IMG/VR virus record: IMGVR_UViG_3300025147_000004
Length of the DNA: 64,000 nt
Direction: 5' to 3' (one strand)
Origin: a virus
Made by a program: the position numbers and the translations under genes. Below the pieces are notes generated by a model, which saw only the letters and a list, made by a program, of their open reading frames with translations, did no database searches and had not been told where the DNA came from. Positions 37,870 through 45,275 of the stretch are shown in pieces. Every line of letters starts with the position of its first letter. The first letter of the stretch is position 1.

Positions 37870-37890
37870 CAAAGATAATACATTTATTGA
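37870..37890 (-). promoter_or_regulatory. conserved-family promoter (AATAAATGTATTATCTTTG)
   Basis: The -7 box is at 37870-37877, 21 nt before the ATG at 37848. A TTTG lies 19 nt upstream. Confidence 0.55.
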
Positions 37891-37911
37891 CAATTGCAAA
37901 TTAAATGTAAA

Positions 37912-37942
37912 GAAAAAACCACCACTGAGATATGTGGTGGTT
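37912..37942 (-). terminator. intrinsic terminator ending the ncRNA transcript
   Basis: A 9-bp stem AACCACCAC/GTGGTGGTT with an 8-nt loop is followed by TTTTTT on the minus strand. Confidence 0.7.
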
Positions 37943-38377
37943 AGTGTACTTGAAAGGCTTTACTGGTAGATATGCTCTGACACTCCGCAAACCAGTTTTA
38001 ACAATTTAGTCAGCCTATCCCTCGATCCCATATACCGATGGGATTCTTATGATTGCGGGTGCTTTACGTGGGGAGAGCAAGACTCAAACTTGCATGAATC
38101 AGTATAAGCAATTCTGATCCTCATGTGCCTTGAATAGAAGAATTTTAACGAGTTCGTGATCTCTTAGTGAGCGGGTGCACATCTTAACCTAAGCCCCGAC
38201 CATTCTATTCAATGTGGTTAGCGTCTATCAATTCCGCCACCTCCCCATCCTCGTCTTTCCGAGTGTGTGAATTTTCCCAGCTTCTGACTATTTCTTAGCC
38301 GCGATAAGCTCACTGGTTTCGCTGCGCTCCTATCCGATTACTAACGCAATTCAATAAGTCGGATGAATATATTATGT
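37943..38377 (-). ncRNA. ~435-nt ORF-free structured transcript downstream of the SSB-like gene
   Basis: No ORF of 60 aa or more occurs on either strand. Nested long-range helices pair 38302-38309 with 37989-37996 and 38284-38290 with 38007-38013. The region is visibly more GC-rich than its flanks and ends in a terminator. Confidence 0.55.
38069..38246 (-). ncRNA. tRNA-derived module with ~100-nt insertion in place of the anticodon arm
   Basis: The minus strand reads GGGGAGG-TG-GCG-GAATTGATAGA-CGC ... GCAAG-TTTGAGT-CTTGC-TCTCCCC-A. This gives a 7-bp acceptor stem, a tRNA-Leu-type D arm and a T arm. No anticodon stem-loop could be found. Confidence 0.5.
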
Positions 38378-38755
38378 TCAAAAAGGCAGGTCATCGCCAT
38401 CTTTCTGATCTCCACCACTTTGCGTATCTCCCATTGGTGGCAAATCGTCCGCAGGTTTTGGTTTCGCCCCAGAAGTCTTCGTAATATTCACCTTCCATGC
38501 TGTTACGTTCGAAAAATACTTGCCGTTATATTCGCGAGATTCTACATTAAATCCAACCTCAACCTCGTCGTCCACTCGCATATCTGCGATCATTTCCGGT
38601 TTGTTGAATACAGTGAAGGCTATTTGTTTTGGCCACTGACCCTCCGATTCCTGTATGACGAAATCACGTTTACTCCACGCTTTCCCAGACGATGCACTTG
38701 TTCCTGATGCCTCTGGCAGGATTGCTACCACTATTCCACTAATTTTTAAATCCAT
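38378..38755 (-). CDS. SSB-like OB-fold protein (DUF3127-like) with acidic DDLPF tail
   Basis: The N-terminus MDLKISGIVVAILPEASGTS...WSKRDFVIQ resembles DUF3127. The C-terminal ...DGDDLPF resembles the SSB protein-interaction tip. Confidence 0.55.
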   Translation of the reverse strand: MDLKISGIVVAILPEASGTSASSGKAWSKRDFVIQESEGQWPKQIAFTVFNKPEMIADMRVDDEVEVGFNVESREYNGKYFSNVTAWKVNITKTSGAKPKPADDLPPMGDTQSGGDQKDGDDLPF

Positions 38756-39195
38756 TACTCTGCTGTTTTATTAGTTTCTACTGTTGTTTCCTCTTTAGTT
38801 AATTCTGCTATGATTTCTGCCTTATCGTCTGCTTGCTGTGCAGATTCTGCCGTTTCTTTCATTTCATGTAACGCCTTCTCTTCTTCGATGATGGCTAAGT
38901 CATCTTCCGGAGTTATTTCCTTGCTAAGATCAGCGAAGTACTCATTATGGAATTTAATCCAAGCCTCCACGTACATTGGATTCTGAATTGCCAAAATACT
39001 AAATGTTTGTGTTCCGGCAAATGCGACTTCAAAATATTTGCGCCATTCGTCATCTTTATTATCCTCGAAAAATTTTTCGATGTTCTCTGGGGTTGCGCCC
39101 ATTCGGAAATTCCACGACTTGTTCTCGTGGCTTACTTTTAGGTAGCCGTTTTCTTTTTCGCAGATGTAACTCCCTAATTTAATATTTTTTTTCAT
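38755..39195 (-). CDS. hypothetical protein
   Basis: 146 aa with an acidic C-terminus. The TAATG junction indicates translational coupling to the next gene. Confidence 0.5.
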   Translation of the reverse strand: MKKNIKLGSYICEKENGYLKVSHENKSWNFRMGATPENIEKFFEDNKDDEWRKYFEVAFAGTQTFSILAIQNPMYVEAWIKFHNEYFADLSKEITPEDDLAIIEEEKALHEMKETAESAQQADDKAEIIAELTKEETTVETNKTAE

Positions 39196-39416
39196 TTATA
39201 ATGTATTACTTCTCTTCCGTTTTTATTTACAAATCTCATTTTAACTTTTCCAAACCCAGACAACTTTTCTATTGACTCTCTTGTTCCTACCACATCTTTG
39301 CTTTTTATTTCTACAACAAAAATATCTGTATCGTTTAAGGACTGATCGAGATGCATTCCTGTATCTAATTCTATCTCTGGCTTTTTGACCGGAGTCATAC
39401 CCTTACGCTTGTTCAT
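39192..39416 (-). CDS. hypothetical protein
   Basis: The start was moved to MNKRKG, where the ATG overlaps the upstream stop (ATGA). Confidence 0.4.
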   Translation of the reverse strand: MNKRKGMTPVKKPEIELDTGMHLDQSLNDTDIFVVEIKSKDVVGTRESIEKLSGFGKVKMRFVNKNGREVIHYK

Positions 39417-39649
39417 AATCTTTGTTGTAGATATGGGTTTTCCCTCAGTGCATAATCCTTCCAACTACTTAAATCTTCAAGCGTATCCTTATCAAACTCA
39501 AACACTTCGCAGCACGAAATAACATGCTCTTCAGATATTCCCAATTCTCTGTTTACTCTACAATTGTGTCGCACATTATTTCTCATACAAGTAAACTCCG
39601 CTACCCTTCGTTTAAACTTTTTTTCCTCATCTGTCAATGCGATTTTCAT
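39413..39649 (-). CDS. hypothetical protein
   Basis: 78 aa and Cys-containing. It is the first gene after the promoter at 39676. Confidence 0.45.
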   Translation of the reverse strand: MKIALTDEEKKFKRRVAEFTCMRNNVRHNCRVNRELGISEEHVISCCEVFEFDKDTLEDLSSWKDYALRENPYLQQRL

Positions 39650-39675
39650 TTTCTTCTCTTATTAGTTTATACATG

Positions 39676-39696
39676 CAAAGATAATACATTTATTTA
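39676..39696 (-). promoter_or_regulatory. conserved-family promoter (AATAAATGTATTATCTTTG)
   Basis: The -7 box is at 39676-39683, 26 nt before the ATG at 39649. Confidence 0.5.
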
Positions 39697-40179
39697 AACC
39701 ACCAAACTTTTATAGAGATTTTTTAAAGAAATATTTTCAACCGCATATTCCATAAACTTACTACTACGCTTAAAATCAAACATATACTCCCTATTTCCCT
39801 GCTCAACTAACCAGCCCAATTTCATACAGGCATAATTGGTATTTAGCCTTGTAATCACCTCCCATGCTACCAACCCTGTCAGTTGCTCCCGACATTGGAG
39901 AAAGTAGAGCATAAAATCCACATCCAGCACCCTCAACATCCGCCCATCTACAACAGATATGAATTGGTCGGGTCGGAAAGTTTCCTGTACGTTCATAAGC
40001 GTGTAACCCAGAAGTGACATATACTCGTTTTCTTCCTGCAAGTCCGGCACATCCCTTGCTTCCAATTCCCGTACTCGCGCATCAGCTACGGCAAGAAAAC
40101 GTTTGACGGGACTGTCCCTGTTCGCATAGAAGCGGGCAAGTGAGGCTGATTCGTGGGAGTAGAGGAGTTGGTACTTCAT
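39694..40179 (-). CDS. hypothetical protein
   Basis: 161-aa ORF. Confidence 0.5.
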   Translation of the reverse strand: MKYQLLYSHESASLARFYANRDSPVKRFLAVADARVRELEARDVPDLQEENEYMSLLGYTLMNVQETFRPDQFISVVDGRMLRVLDVDFMLYFLQCREQLTGLVAWEVITRLNTNYACMKLGWLVEQGNREYMFDFKRSSKFMEYAVENISLKNLYKSLVV

Positions 40180-40343
40180 TGATTGCTGGCTTCTTTTGTA
40201 TCATTCTGCAACTTAATCAGCGCATCCTGCATTAAATCAAAATATTCTGCTCGTTCCTTGTCGCTTCTATTTGGCGGAAACTCTACAATGCAGTTGACTA
40301 CATTTGCAAGGAGTGGGTATTTATTGCGGAAGTCTTGGTTCAT
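40176..40343 (-). CDS. hypothetical protein
   Basis: The start was moved to MNQDFRN, giving an ATGA overlap with the upstream stop. Confidence 0.4.
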   Translation of the reverse strand: MNQDFRNKYPLLANVVNCIVEFPPNRSDKERAEYFDLMQDALIKLQNDTKEASNQ

Positions 40344-40588
40344 CGCATAGCCTCCAGTTCGGTTTTCACTTCTTGCCAATATACAAGTCGATCAACAACA
40401 CTGTATTGTTTGTCAAAAATAAAAATTACACTTTTCAGGTCGTTGTAAAAATTAATCTCGGCTATATGGCTTTCTGTGGTAAGTATGGCACACTCAACTA
40501 TGAGATAAGATGGCATGGTTACTGTACTTAATAATGACTGATCCTGAATCTGTTCAATCAAACATTGTGCTTCCTGTTTTGGATTCAT
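40340..40588 (-). CDS. hypothetical protein
   Basis: 82-aa ORF. Confidence 0.45.
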   Translation of the reverse strand: MNPKQEAQCLIEQIQDQSLLSTVTMPSYLIVECAILTTESHIAEINFYNDLKSVIFIFDKQYSVVDRLVYWQEVKTELEAMR

Positions 40589-40695
40589 TTCTTCTCTTCT
40601 ATTCGTTTCATTTTCAAATAATTCTTTACTATTCTCATAAAATCTACCACAGCCTTTCGGTCTTGCACATCTACTTTTATTCTTGGCTCGTTCAT
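40585..40695 (-). CDS. unannotated 36-aa ORF
   Basis: Hand translation gives MNEPRIKVDVQDRKAVVDFMRIVKNYLKMKRIEEKK. It fills the gap exactly, with an ATGA overlap to the next gene. Confidence 0.3.
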   Translation of the reverse strand: MNEPRIKVDVQDRKAVVDFMRIVKNYLKMKRIEEKK

Positions 40696-40696
40696 A

Positions 40697-41005
40697 TCAC
40701 TTAAAATCAGTTGCGTAACAATCCTCCGTAATCGTCCAATCATCCAACAGCATCTCCATAAATGCCTTATCCATAGCCTTCTTATCTTTGTAGTGTCCGA
40801 TCACAACCCAATTGAGCGTATTACTTCTCGTCGCTTTCTGCCTCTCTATTTCTGTGGTGCGCTTATTCTTTCTGATTATTCGAAACCCACGCTGGACTTT
40901 CCAGAGCTGGGAAAACCGCTCAGTACTGCAATCCCTGTCCAAATTTCTCTCGTGTGGCATAATTAGGTTTCCGCTCGTTGCTTTCCATTCGTCACTGATT
41001 TGCAT
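40697..41005 (-). CDS. hypothetical protein
   Basis: 102 aa. An internal Met at 40960 would remove the overlap with the upstream ORF. Confidence 0.45.
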   Translation of the reverse strand: MQISDEWKATSGNLIMPHERNLDRDCSTERFSQLWKVQRGFRIIRKNKRTTEIERQKATRSNTLNWVVIGHYKDKKAMDKAFMEMLLDDWTITEDCYATDFK

Positions 41006-41154
41006 CTCTTCAATTTATTAATCATTAATTTTGCTTTCCTCTTTATATTAAGGGTTCGGTTGTCGGTTCCGGTTAACCCATTCAACTCCAATAAAAGGGT
41101 GTTTATTTGGGTTAGTGATTGATTTGAAATGGCGATCATACCTAAAACTTGCAT
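40963..41154 (-). CDS. hypothetical protein
   Basis: 63-aa ORF in an operon context. Confidence 0.35.
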   Translation of the reverse strand: MQVLGMIAISNQSLTQINTLLLELNGLTGTDNRTLNIKRKAKLMINKLKRCKSVTNGKQRAET

Positions 41155-41351
41155 TTATTGTCGTCTGTTTCCTTTTTGCCATCTTCAAAACCTTTCATAT
41201 ATTCTTGCATACCATATATTCTCATTGCTTTTCTGATAAGTCCAAGAACCGGAAATATTACCGATATGTCAATCAGGTTTTTATCTGCTTCGTCTTTTAG
41301 TATTTCGTATGGTGTTTTCATCTCTCTTATTCTTAAACTTTCTGTAAACAA
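41142..41351 (-). CDS. hypothetical protein
   Basis: 69 aa. The start could instead be the internal MKTPYEIL. Confidence 0.4.
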   Translation of the reverse strand: MFTESLRIREMKTPYEILKDEADKNLIDISVIFPVLGLIRKAMRIYGMQEYMKGFEDGKKETDDNKCKF

Positions 41352-41402
41352 TCAATAGATAACATATTAGCTATTTCTGGTTAAATTTGCCGATATTAGC
41401 TA

Positions 41403-42911
41403 TTATATTGGCGGTAAATCATATTCCAGTTCTCCCTGCTTCGGCACACTCGGCTTTACCAGCGTTTTCCCCATGCACTTGTAAGCCACAACCCTGCTAA
41501 ACTCTTCCTTACTCATCGTTAGCAATCCTTGAGAAGCCAACCGATCCCATTCGCCAATCATAGGCATTAGGTAGTAGGTGTAAGTCATTCCGTCCGACTT
41601 CCGCTCCTTGATAAAGTTCTTCTCCTTCAGCTTTTCGGCAAACTTCACATTCGAGAAGGCATTGTAGCCGGATGCCTTACAATAATCTACGTACTGTTTG
41701 TACAGATCCTTGGCGGTTATTTGCATCGGGGCGTGGGTCTTGTAGACTGGGATGTTGTAGTATTCCTGATCCTCTATGAATTTCAATATCGAGTTGCTAT
41801 TCATCTCATACTCAATTACTTTGTCCTTAACTGCCTCTGGTTCAACTATCTTGTATCCGTTTGCTTTTATGCGAGCATATCCAGTTAAAAACCAATTAAG
41901 GATACCGCTTAATTCTTCCCGTAATTCGGTATGAAGATTGATGTTTTGCCTTTCCTCTGAGATGGTTACATTAAATGGTACAATTAAAAAACGCCTGAAG
42001 TAGCCTTTGGTGTAGTCGCTGGTAGCTGGTAATTCATTAGTATTTGCGATCAATAATGGAATATGTTTTACAAGAAACGGATCTCGGTAAATATGCCTTG
42101 CTTGGATTGGTTCGCCGGAGATTAGCTTCTTTACGATAGAGCCTGAAATTTCCTTGCTTTTTAATTCCGAGCAGTAGTTTATTGTTTTACCTTCGATTGC
42201 CGCGATGTTGTAGTCCTTGGAATTACCGGAAACTAAATCGCCAATTTCGTAAGTTGTTGTATTATCGTCGCCAACCATCTGAGTCACAGTCTCAAATACA
42301 ACTGACTTTCCATTACTACCTCCTCCGATCAACACGAGCATTCGCTCCAATTTCGATTTACTCCGATCTGCATATGCCAGCGAAATCATCTCCTGAAAAG
42401 CATTTCTTATCAACTCATCCGGCAAAACCTCCTCGATAAACTTCATCCATTTAGGACACTTCGCTTCTGGATCATAATCGTAATTAATTCTGTTGATCAC
42501 GAAATGCTCTGGTGAAAATGGGCTGACCTGCATTGTGTCAGCGTCAAGTACGCAGTTGGTAAAACATAATTTTCTTCTCGTTAGTTTAAAATCCCTCCGG
42601 CTAAGGTTTCTCCAAATCGTTTTCGTCATGCTTTGGAACTCCTTGTTTAGTATTCCATCAGAAACTTGCAGGTATCTCATAGATGTAAATATCGCACTTT
42701 CCAGATCATCCTTATCGACAAGAATGTAGCTGCGGCCATCAAACCACACGCTGTTTCCGGCATACTTGTAGATATTTATCTTAGATAGCGTATCATAATA
42801 TAACAATGCTATACCGCCAACCTTCTCAACCTTAGCTTCCCTACAAAGTATGTCTTTTAACCGTTCCCTGTCGATAGATGTTATTAGCTGTTCACTAAGT
42901 CCATCTGTCAT
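41403..42911 (-). CDS. D5/P4-family primase-helicase (SF3 NTPase)
   Basis: Walker A is LIGGGSNGKSV. LLIANTNELP and GYFRRFLIVPFN are typical of phage/plasmid primase P4-family C-terminal domains. Confidence 0.75.
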   Translation of the reverse strand: MTDGLSEQLITSIDRERLKDILCREAKVEKVGGIALLYYDTLSKINIYKYAGNSVWFDGRSYILVDKDDLESAIFTSMRYLQVSDGILNKEFQSMTKTIWRNLSRRDFKLTRRKLCFTNCVLDADTMQVSPFSPEHFVINRINYDYDPEAKCPKWMKFIEEVLPDELIRNAFQEMISLAYADRSKSKLERMLVLIGGGSNGKSVVFETVTQMVGDDNTTTYEIGDLVSGNSKDYNIAAIEGKTINYCSELKSKEISGSIVKKLISGEPIQARHIYRDPFLVKHIPLLIANTNELPATSDYTKGYFRRFLIVPFNVTISEERQNINLHTELREELSGILNWFLTGYARIKANGYKIVEPEAVKDKVIEYEMNSNSILKFIEDQEYYNIPVYKTHAPMQITAKDLYKQYVDYCKASGYNAFSNVKFAEKLKEKNFIKERKSDGMTYTYYLMPMIGEWDRLASQGLLTMSKEEFSRVVAYKCMGKTLVKPSVPKQGELEYDLPPI

Positions 42912-42920
42912 TGTGTGGGG

Positions 42921-43124
42921 TTAAATTGGACGGAAGAAACTAAGTCCCATAAAAGTCATATGGGCTGCCTTATTGGCACGTACATGAGCATACGGCGATC
43001 CAAGGGACTGAGAGCTAAGCCCCATCATTTTCCCGTAACCTATTCTTGTCCAGAATATTACGCCATCACAAATGATAGTGTCTTCTGAAGTTTGGCGTAT
43101 TGTTTTAAATTCCTGTTGTTCCAT
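42921..43124 (-). CDS. hypothetical protein
   Basis: The start was set to MEQQEF because the annotated start lies inside the -7 box. Confidence 0.4.
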   Translation of the reverse strand: MEQQEFKTIRQTSEDTIICDGVIFWTRIGYGKMMGLSSQSLGSPYAHVRANKAAHMTFMGLSFFRPI

Positions 43125-43145
43125 CGTTTTTAGTTTTGTGTTGTA

Positions 43146-43166
43146 CAAAGATAATGCATTTATTTG
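43146..43166 (-). promoter_or_regulatory. conserved-family promoter (AATAAATGCATTATCTTTG)
   Basis: The -7 box is at 43146-43153, 21 nt before the ATG at 43124. Confidence 0.5.
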
Positions 43167-43184
43167 AATTTCCTAATTTTATTT

Positions 43185-43673
43185 TTATTTATTCTCTGAG
43201 AAATTTAACCATGCAAATTCACCAAAATATTTTATCGCTGCCACGTCATAAGCGCGAGCTGCATCTTCTTCAATAATGAAGTATCCTAAAAACCCCATTT
43301 TGCCGTTTACCCTTATTTGCGCCAACCATTTTTGTCTTGACTCAATCCAACATACTCCTTTGTATTTAGAAGAAGAATTTTTACGAGATTTTTGATTCAT
43401 TTGATTTTGCCTACGCGTACATGGTCTTAAATTTAACCGCCAATTATTGCAACCGTCCCCATCCCAGTGGTCTACACACGGCTTTAGCGGATTATCGCCC
43501 ATTATAAATCTGTGCATATACTGAAGAATACGTTTGCCGTCAATGGTAACGGCTCTTTCTGCATAGAATATATTTCCAATTTTGTGTGCGCACCATTTGT
43601 GTTGATTTACCCTCTCGAAATCTTCATCATCCACATACGCCACTTTTCCTTGTGTTAATTGTATTTCCCGCAT
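43185..43673 (-). CDS. HNH-AP2 homing endonuclease, copy C
   Basis: The HNH region is VDHWDGDGCNNWRLNL. The AP2 domain is SSKYKGVCWIESRQKWLAQIRVNGKMGFLGYFIIEEDAARAYD. Confidence 0.8.
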   Translation of the reverse strand: MREIQLTQGKVAYVDDEDFERVNQHKWCAHKIGNIFYAERAVTIDGKRILQYMHRFIMGDNPLKPCVDHWDGDGCNNWRLNLRPCTRRQNQMNQKSRKNSSSKYKGVCWIESRQKWLAQIRVNGKMGFLGYFIIEEDAARAYDVAAIKYFGEFAWLNFSENK

Positions 43674-43780
43674 TATTGATTATTTAAAATGCAAAACCCA
43701 AAAACACACGGCTAGATGTATCTCTGGGTTTCATCAGATTTTAGTCTGAATTTCTTAACTTCGATCTAGCCATCGAGCTG
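43674..43780 (-). promoter_or_regulatory. structured 107-nt leader of HNH-AP2 copy C
   Basis: S1 pairs 43764-43771 with 43710-43717 (8 bp). S2 pairs 43725-43731 with 43694-43700 (7 bp, extendable with G-U pairs), followed by a U-rich tract. Confidence 0.4.
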
Positions 43781-43812
43781 CAAATATACGGAATATAATC
43801 GACACTACCAAA
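43781..43812 (-). promoter_or_regulatory. promoter of HNH-AP2 copy C
   Basis: The -7 box TATATTTG is at 43781-43788 and the -33 box TTTG at 43809-43812. The block is near-identical to the copy B promoter. Confidence 0.5.
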
Positions 43813-43813
43813 T

Positions 43814-44110
43814 CTACTTTTCTCCCCTCAGCATGTGAAATAATATTCCATAGTTCACTAAGTCAATTATCGAATCATCAATACTCTCATTATTCGGCGT
43901 CTTGCTTCCCTGAAGATTCCCGATCCTGACTACTTTGGTCGCTATGAAAACCAGAAGAACTTGCTCTGGAGTAACGCCTACCATAGAGGCGACTATTTTG
44001 AAGTTGCTGAGGCGGTCGGCATTGGCGTAATCATCCCCCTTGCTGTTCTGTATTTTGGCAATCTCTTCAAATATAGAGGAGAGTTGCGTTTGCTGTTCCT
44101 GTTTAGTCAT
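43814..44110 (-). CDS. DUF1599-like (MazG-related, nucleotide-modification-associated) protein
   Basis: The layout KGDDYANADRLSNF...KVVRIGNL...IDLVNYGILFHML resembles DUF1599 as I recall it. Confidence 0.4.
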   Translation of the reverse strand: MTKQEQQTQLSSIFEEIAKIQNSKGDDYANADRLSNFKIVASMVGVTPEQVLLVFIATKVVRIGNLQGSKTPNNESIDDSIIDLVNYGILFHMLRGEK

Positions 44111-44424
44111 TGCCTCTCAAATATTTTTATTATTGGAACCTCCTTAAAAAAATTAAAATGCTTAGGATCAATTCCTTTTATGACAGTTCTGTCATTTAAT
44201 TTAAGTCCAAGATCGTGCCGCTTTTCCTCGATTAACCAACCTCCATCATCGCAAGACCCATTGGCGCGTCCAATATTATTTACATACTCTATCCTTTGGG
44301 TTACGCCTATATCGGAAACTAAGTCCCATAAAGTTCTACTTCGGTCAGGTAGATGAACCCAAATACGCCTCATCTCCTCGATTCGCTTTAGGCGGGTGGG
44401 GGTGGCTCTTGTTGGATCGCTCAT
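44107..44424 (-). CDS. hypothetical protein
   Basis: 105-aa ORF. Confidence 0.45.
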   Translation of the reverse strand: MSDPTRATPTRLKRIEEMRRIWVHLPDRSRTLWDLVSDIGVTQRIEYVNNIGRANGSCDDGGWLIEEKRHDLGLKLNDRTVIKGIDPKHFNFFKEVPIIKIFERQ

Positions 44425-44484
44425 CTCCAGTCCTCCTCGTCATTTCCGGTATAATCCGTCGAGTCAATTAGTTCTTCTTCCATT

Positions 44485-44688
44485 TTAGTAACCTTTATAA
44501 GATTCGATGTCAAGCGTTTCGGGAATAAACCTTTCAATATTAGACTCATGACCACAGAAGTTGCAGCGGCATTGGTCGTTTATTCTTGTTACATTCGTAG
44601 CTGCACATCCCTGTCTTGGGCAGGTTAGGACGAGTGCGGTATATCCGTTATCGTCTTCTGGGGCGTATCCGTTCGGCTCTCTACTCAT
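44485..44688 (-). CDS. Zn-ribbon mini-protein
   Basis: 67 aa with the cysteine clusters CPRQGC...CRCNFC. Confidence 0.45.
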   Translation of the reverse strand: MSREPNGYAPEDDNGYTALVLTCPRQGCAATNVTRINDQCRCNFCGHESNIERFIPETLDIESYKGY

Positions 44689-44836
44689 CTTCCGCCCCCA
44701 TTTCTTCCGTTACGTCCACTTCTTTCCAAATCATTCCGCAACATCCAATTTCGCCCAACTCTTTACATAGGGCATCTGCCTCTTCCGTACAGGGATAACC
44801 TGCGCAGTTATGGCACAATCCACTGTCTGACTCTTC

Positions 44837-45001
44837 TTACTGCTCGTAAACTTTTTCGTTAATTGCTGTTCTCATCATTTTTGTTGCTATTATTTGATTA
44901 AATTCGCCTTCAATTTTGTTGAGCATACTGAGAAGGTTTAGGTTATTTTTAGCGTTCTCAATGTCGTTTAGTAACTCCTCTGCTGTTTTTTCTGTTCTCA
45001 T
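44837..45001 (-). CDS. unannotated 54-aa helical ORF
   Basis: Hand translation gives MRTEKTAEELLNDIENAKNNLNLLSMLNKIEGEFNQIIATKMMRTAINEKVYEQ. Its ATG lies 24 nt downstream of the promoter at 45026. Confidence 0.35.
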   Translation of the reverse strand: MRTEKTAEELLNDIENAKNNLNLLSMLNKIEGEFNQIIATKMMRTAINEKVYEQ

Positions 45002-45025
45002 CTATTCTGTTGTTTTAATACAATG

Positions 45026-45046
45026 CAAAGATAATATATTTATTCG
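45026..45046 (-). promoter_or_regulatory. conserved-family promoter (AATAAATATATTATCTTTG)
   Basis: The -7 box is at 45026-45033. Confidence 0.5.
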
Positions 45047-45089
45047 GATTCGCAATAGCTTTGGCAATTATTTTTGGATTATTTTCATT

Positions 45090-45275
45090 TTACCTGATTA
45101 AGCCCACCTTCACGAGCCACTCCCGTTCCTTTTCTTTAGACTCAAACTTGACCCACAACCTCTTATCCGCCACGGAGTTACAACTATCAAAAACCCCGTC
45201 AATAGAGGCGATCTCGCACAGATGACAGTAGTGCGAGTCGGATAGGCGGGAGAGGGTTAGTTTTCTTGTAATCAT
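45090..45275 (-). CDS. hypothetical protein
   Basis: 61-aa ORF with an ATGA overlap to the upstream small ORF. Confidence 0.4.
   Translation of the reverse strand: MITRKLTLSRLSDSHYCHLCEIASIDGVFDSCNSVADKRLWVKFESKEKEREWLVKVGLIR

Noticed and set aside
38130-38212. The 10-bp inverted repeat TTGAATAGAA/TTCTATTCAA might be the termini of a MITE inserted in a tRNA gene.
   Set aside because: I see no target-site duplication, and the excised sequence does not restore a foldable tRNA. The possible A19:U56 compensation and the nested outer helices argue for a functional RNA. This idea is not fully excluded.
38069-38246. The tRNA-like element might be a tmRNA (ssrA).
   Set aside because: The acceptor stem has G3:C70 rather than the G3:U70 alanine identity pair. 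A real D stem is present. The 3' acceptor strand is internal to the transcript, about 150 nt before the terminator. I could find no tag-like reading frame ending in hydrophobic residues: the frames I translated gave DVHPLTKRSRTR* and a 29-codon frame ending ...NCLY*. The element is also only 178 nt long.
38069-38246. It might be an ordinary tRNA interrupted by an anticodon-loop intron (group I or other).
   Set aside because: After removing the helix-closed insert (38130-38212), the remaining linker (AACCACA + GGCACATGA) cannot form a 5-bp anticodon stem. The 83-nt insert is far smaller than known group I introns. I kept it as a tRNA-derived module of unknown type instead.
38363-38707. Plus-strand 114-aa ORF.
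   Set aside because: It is antisense to the SSB-like gene, which has a recognisable family signature and translational coupling to its neighbours.
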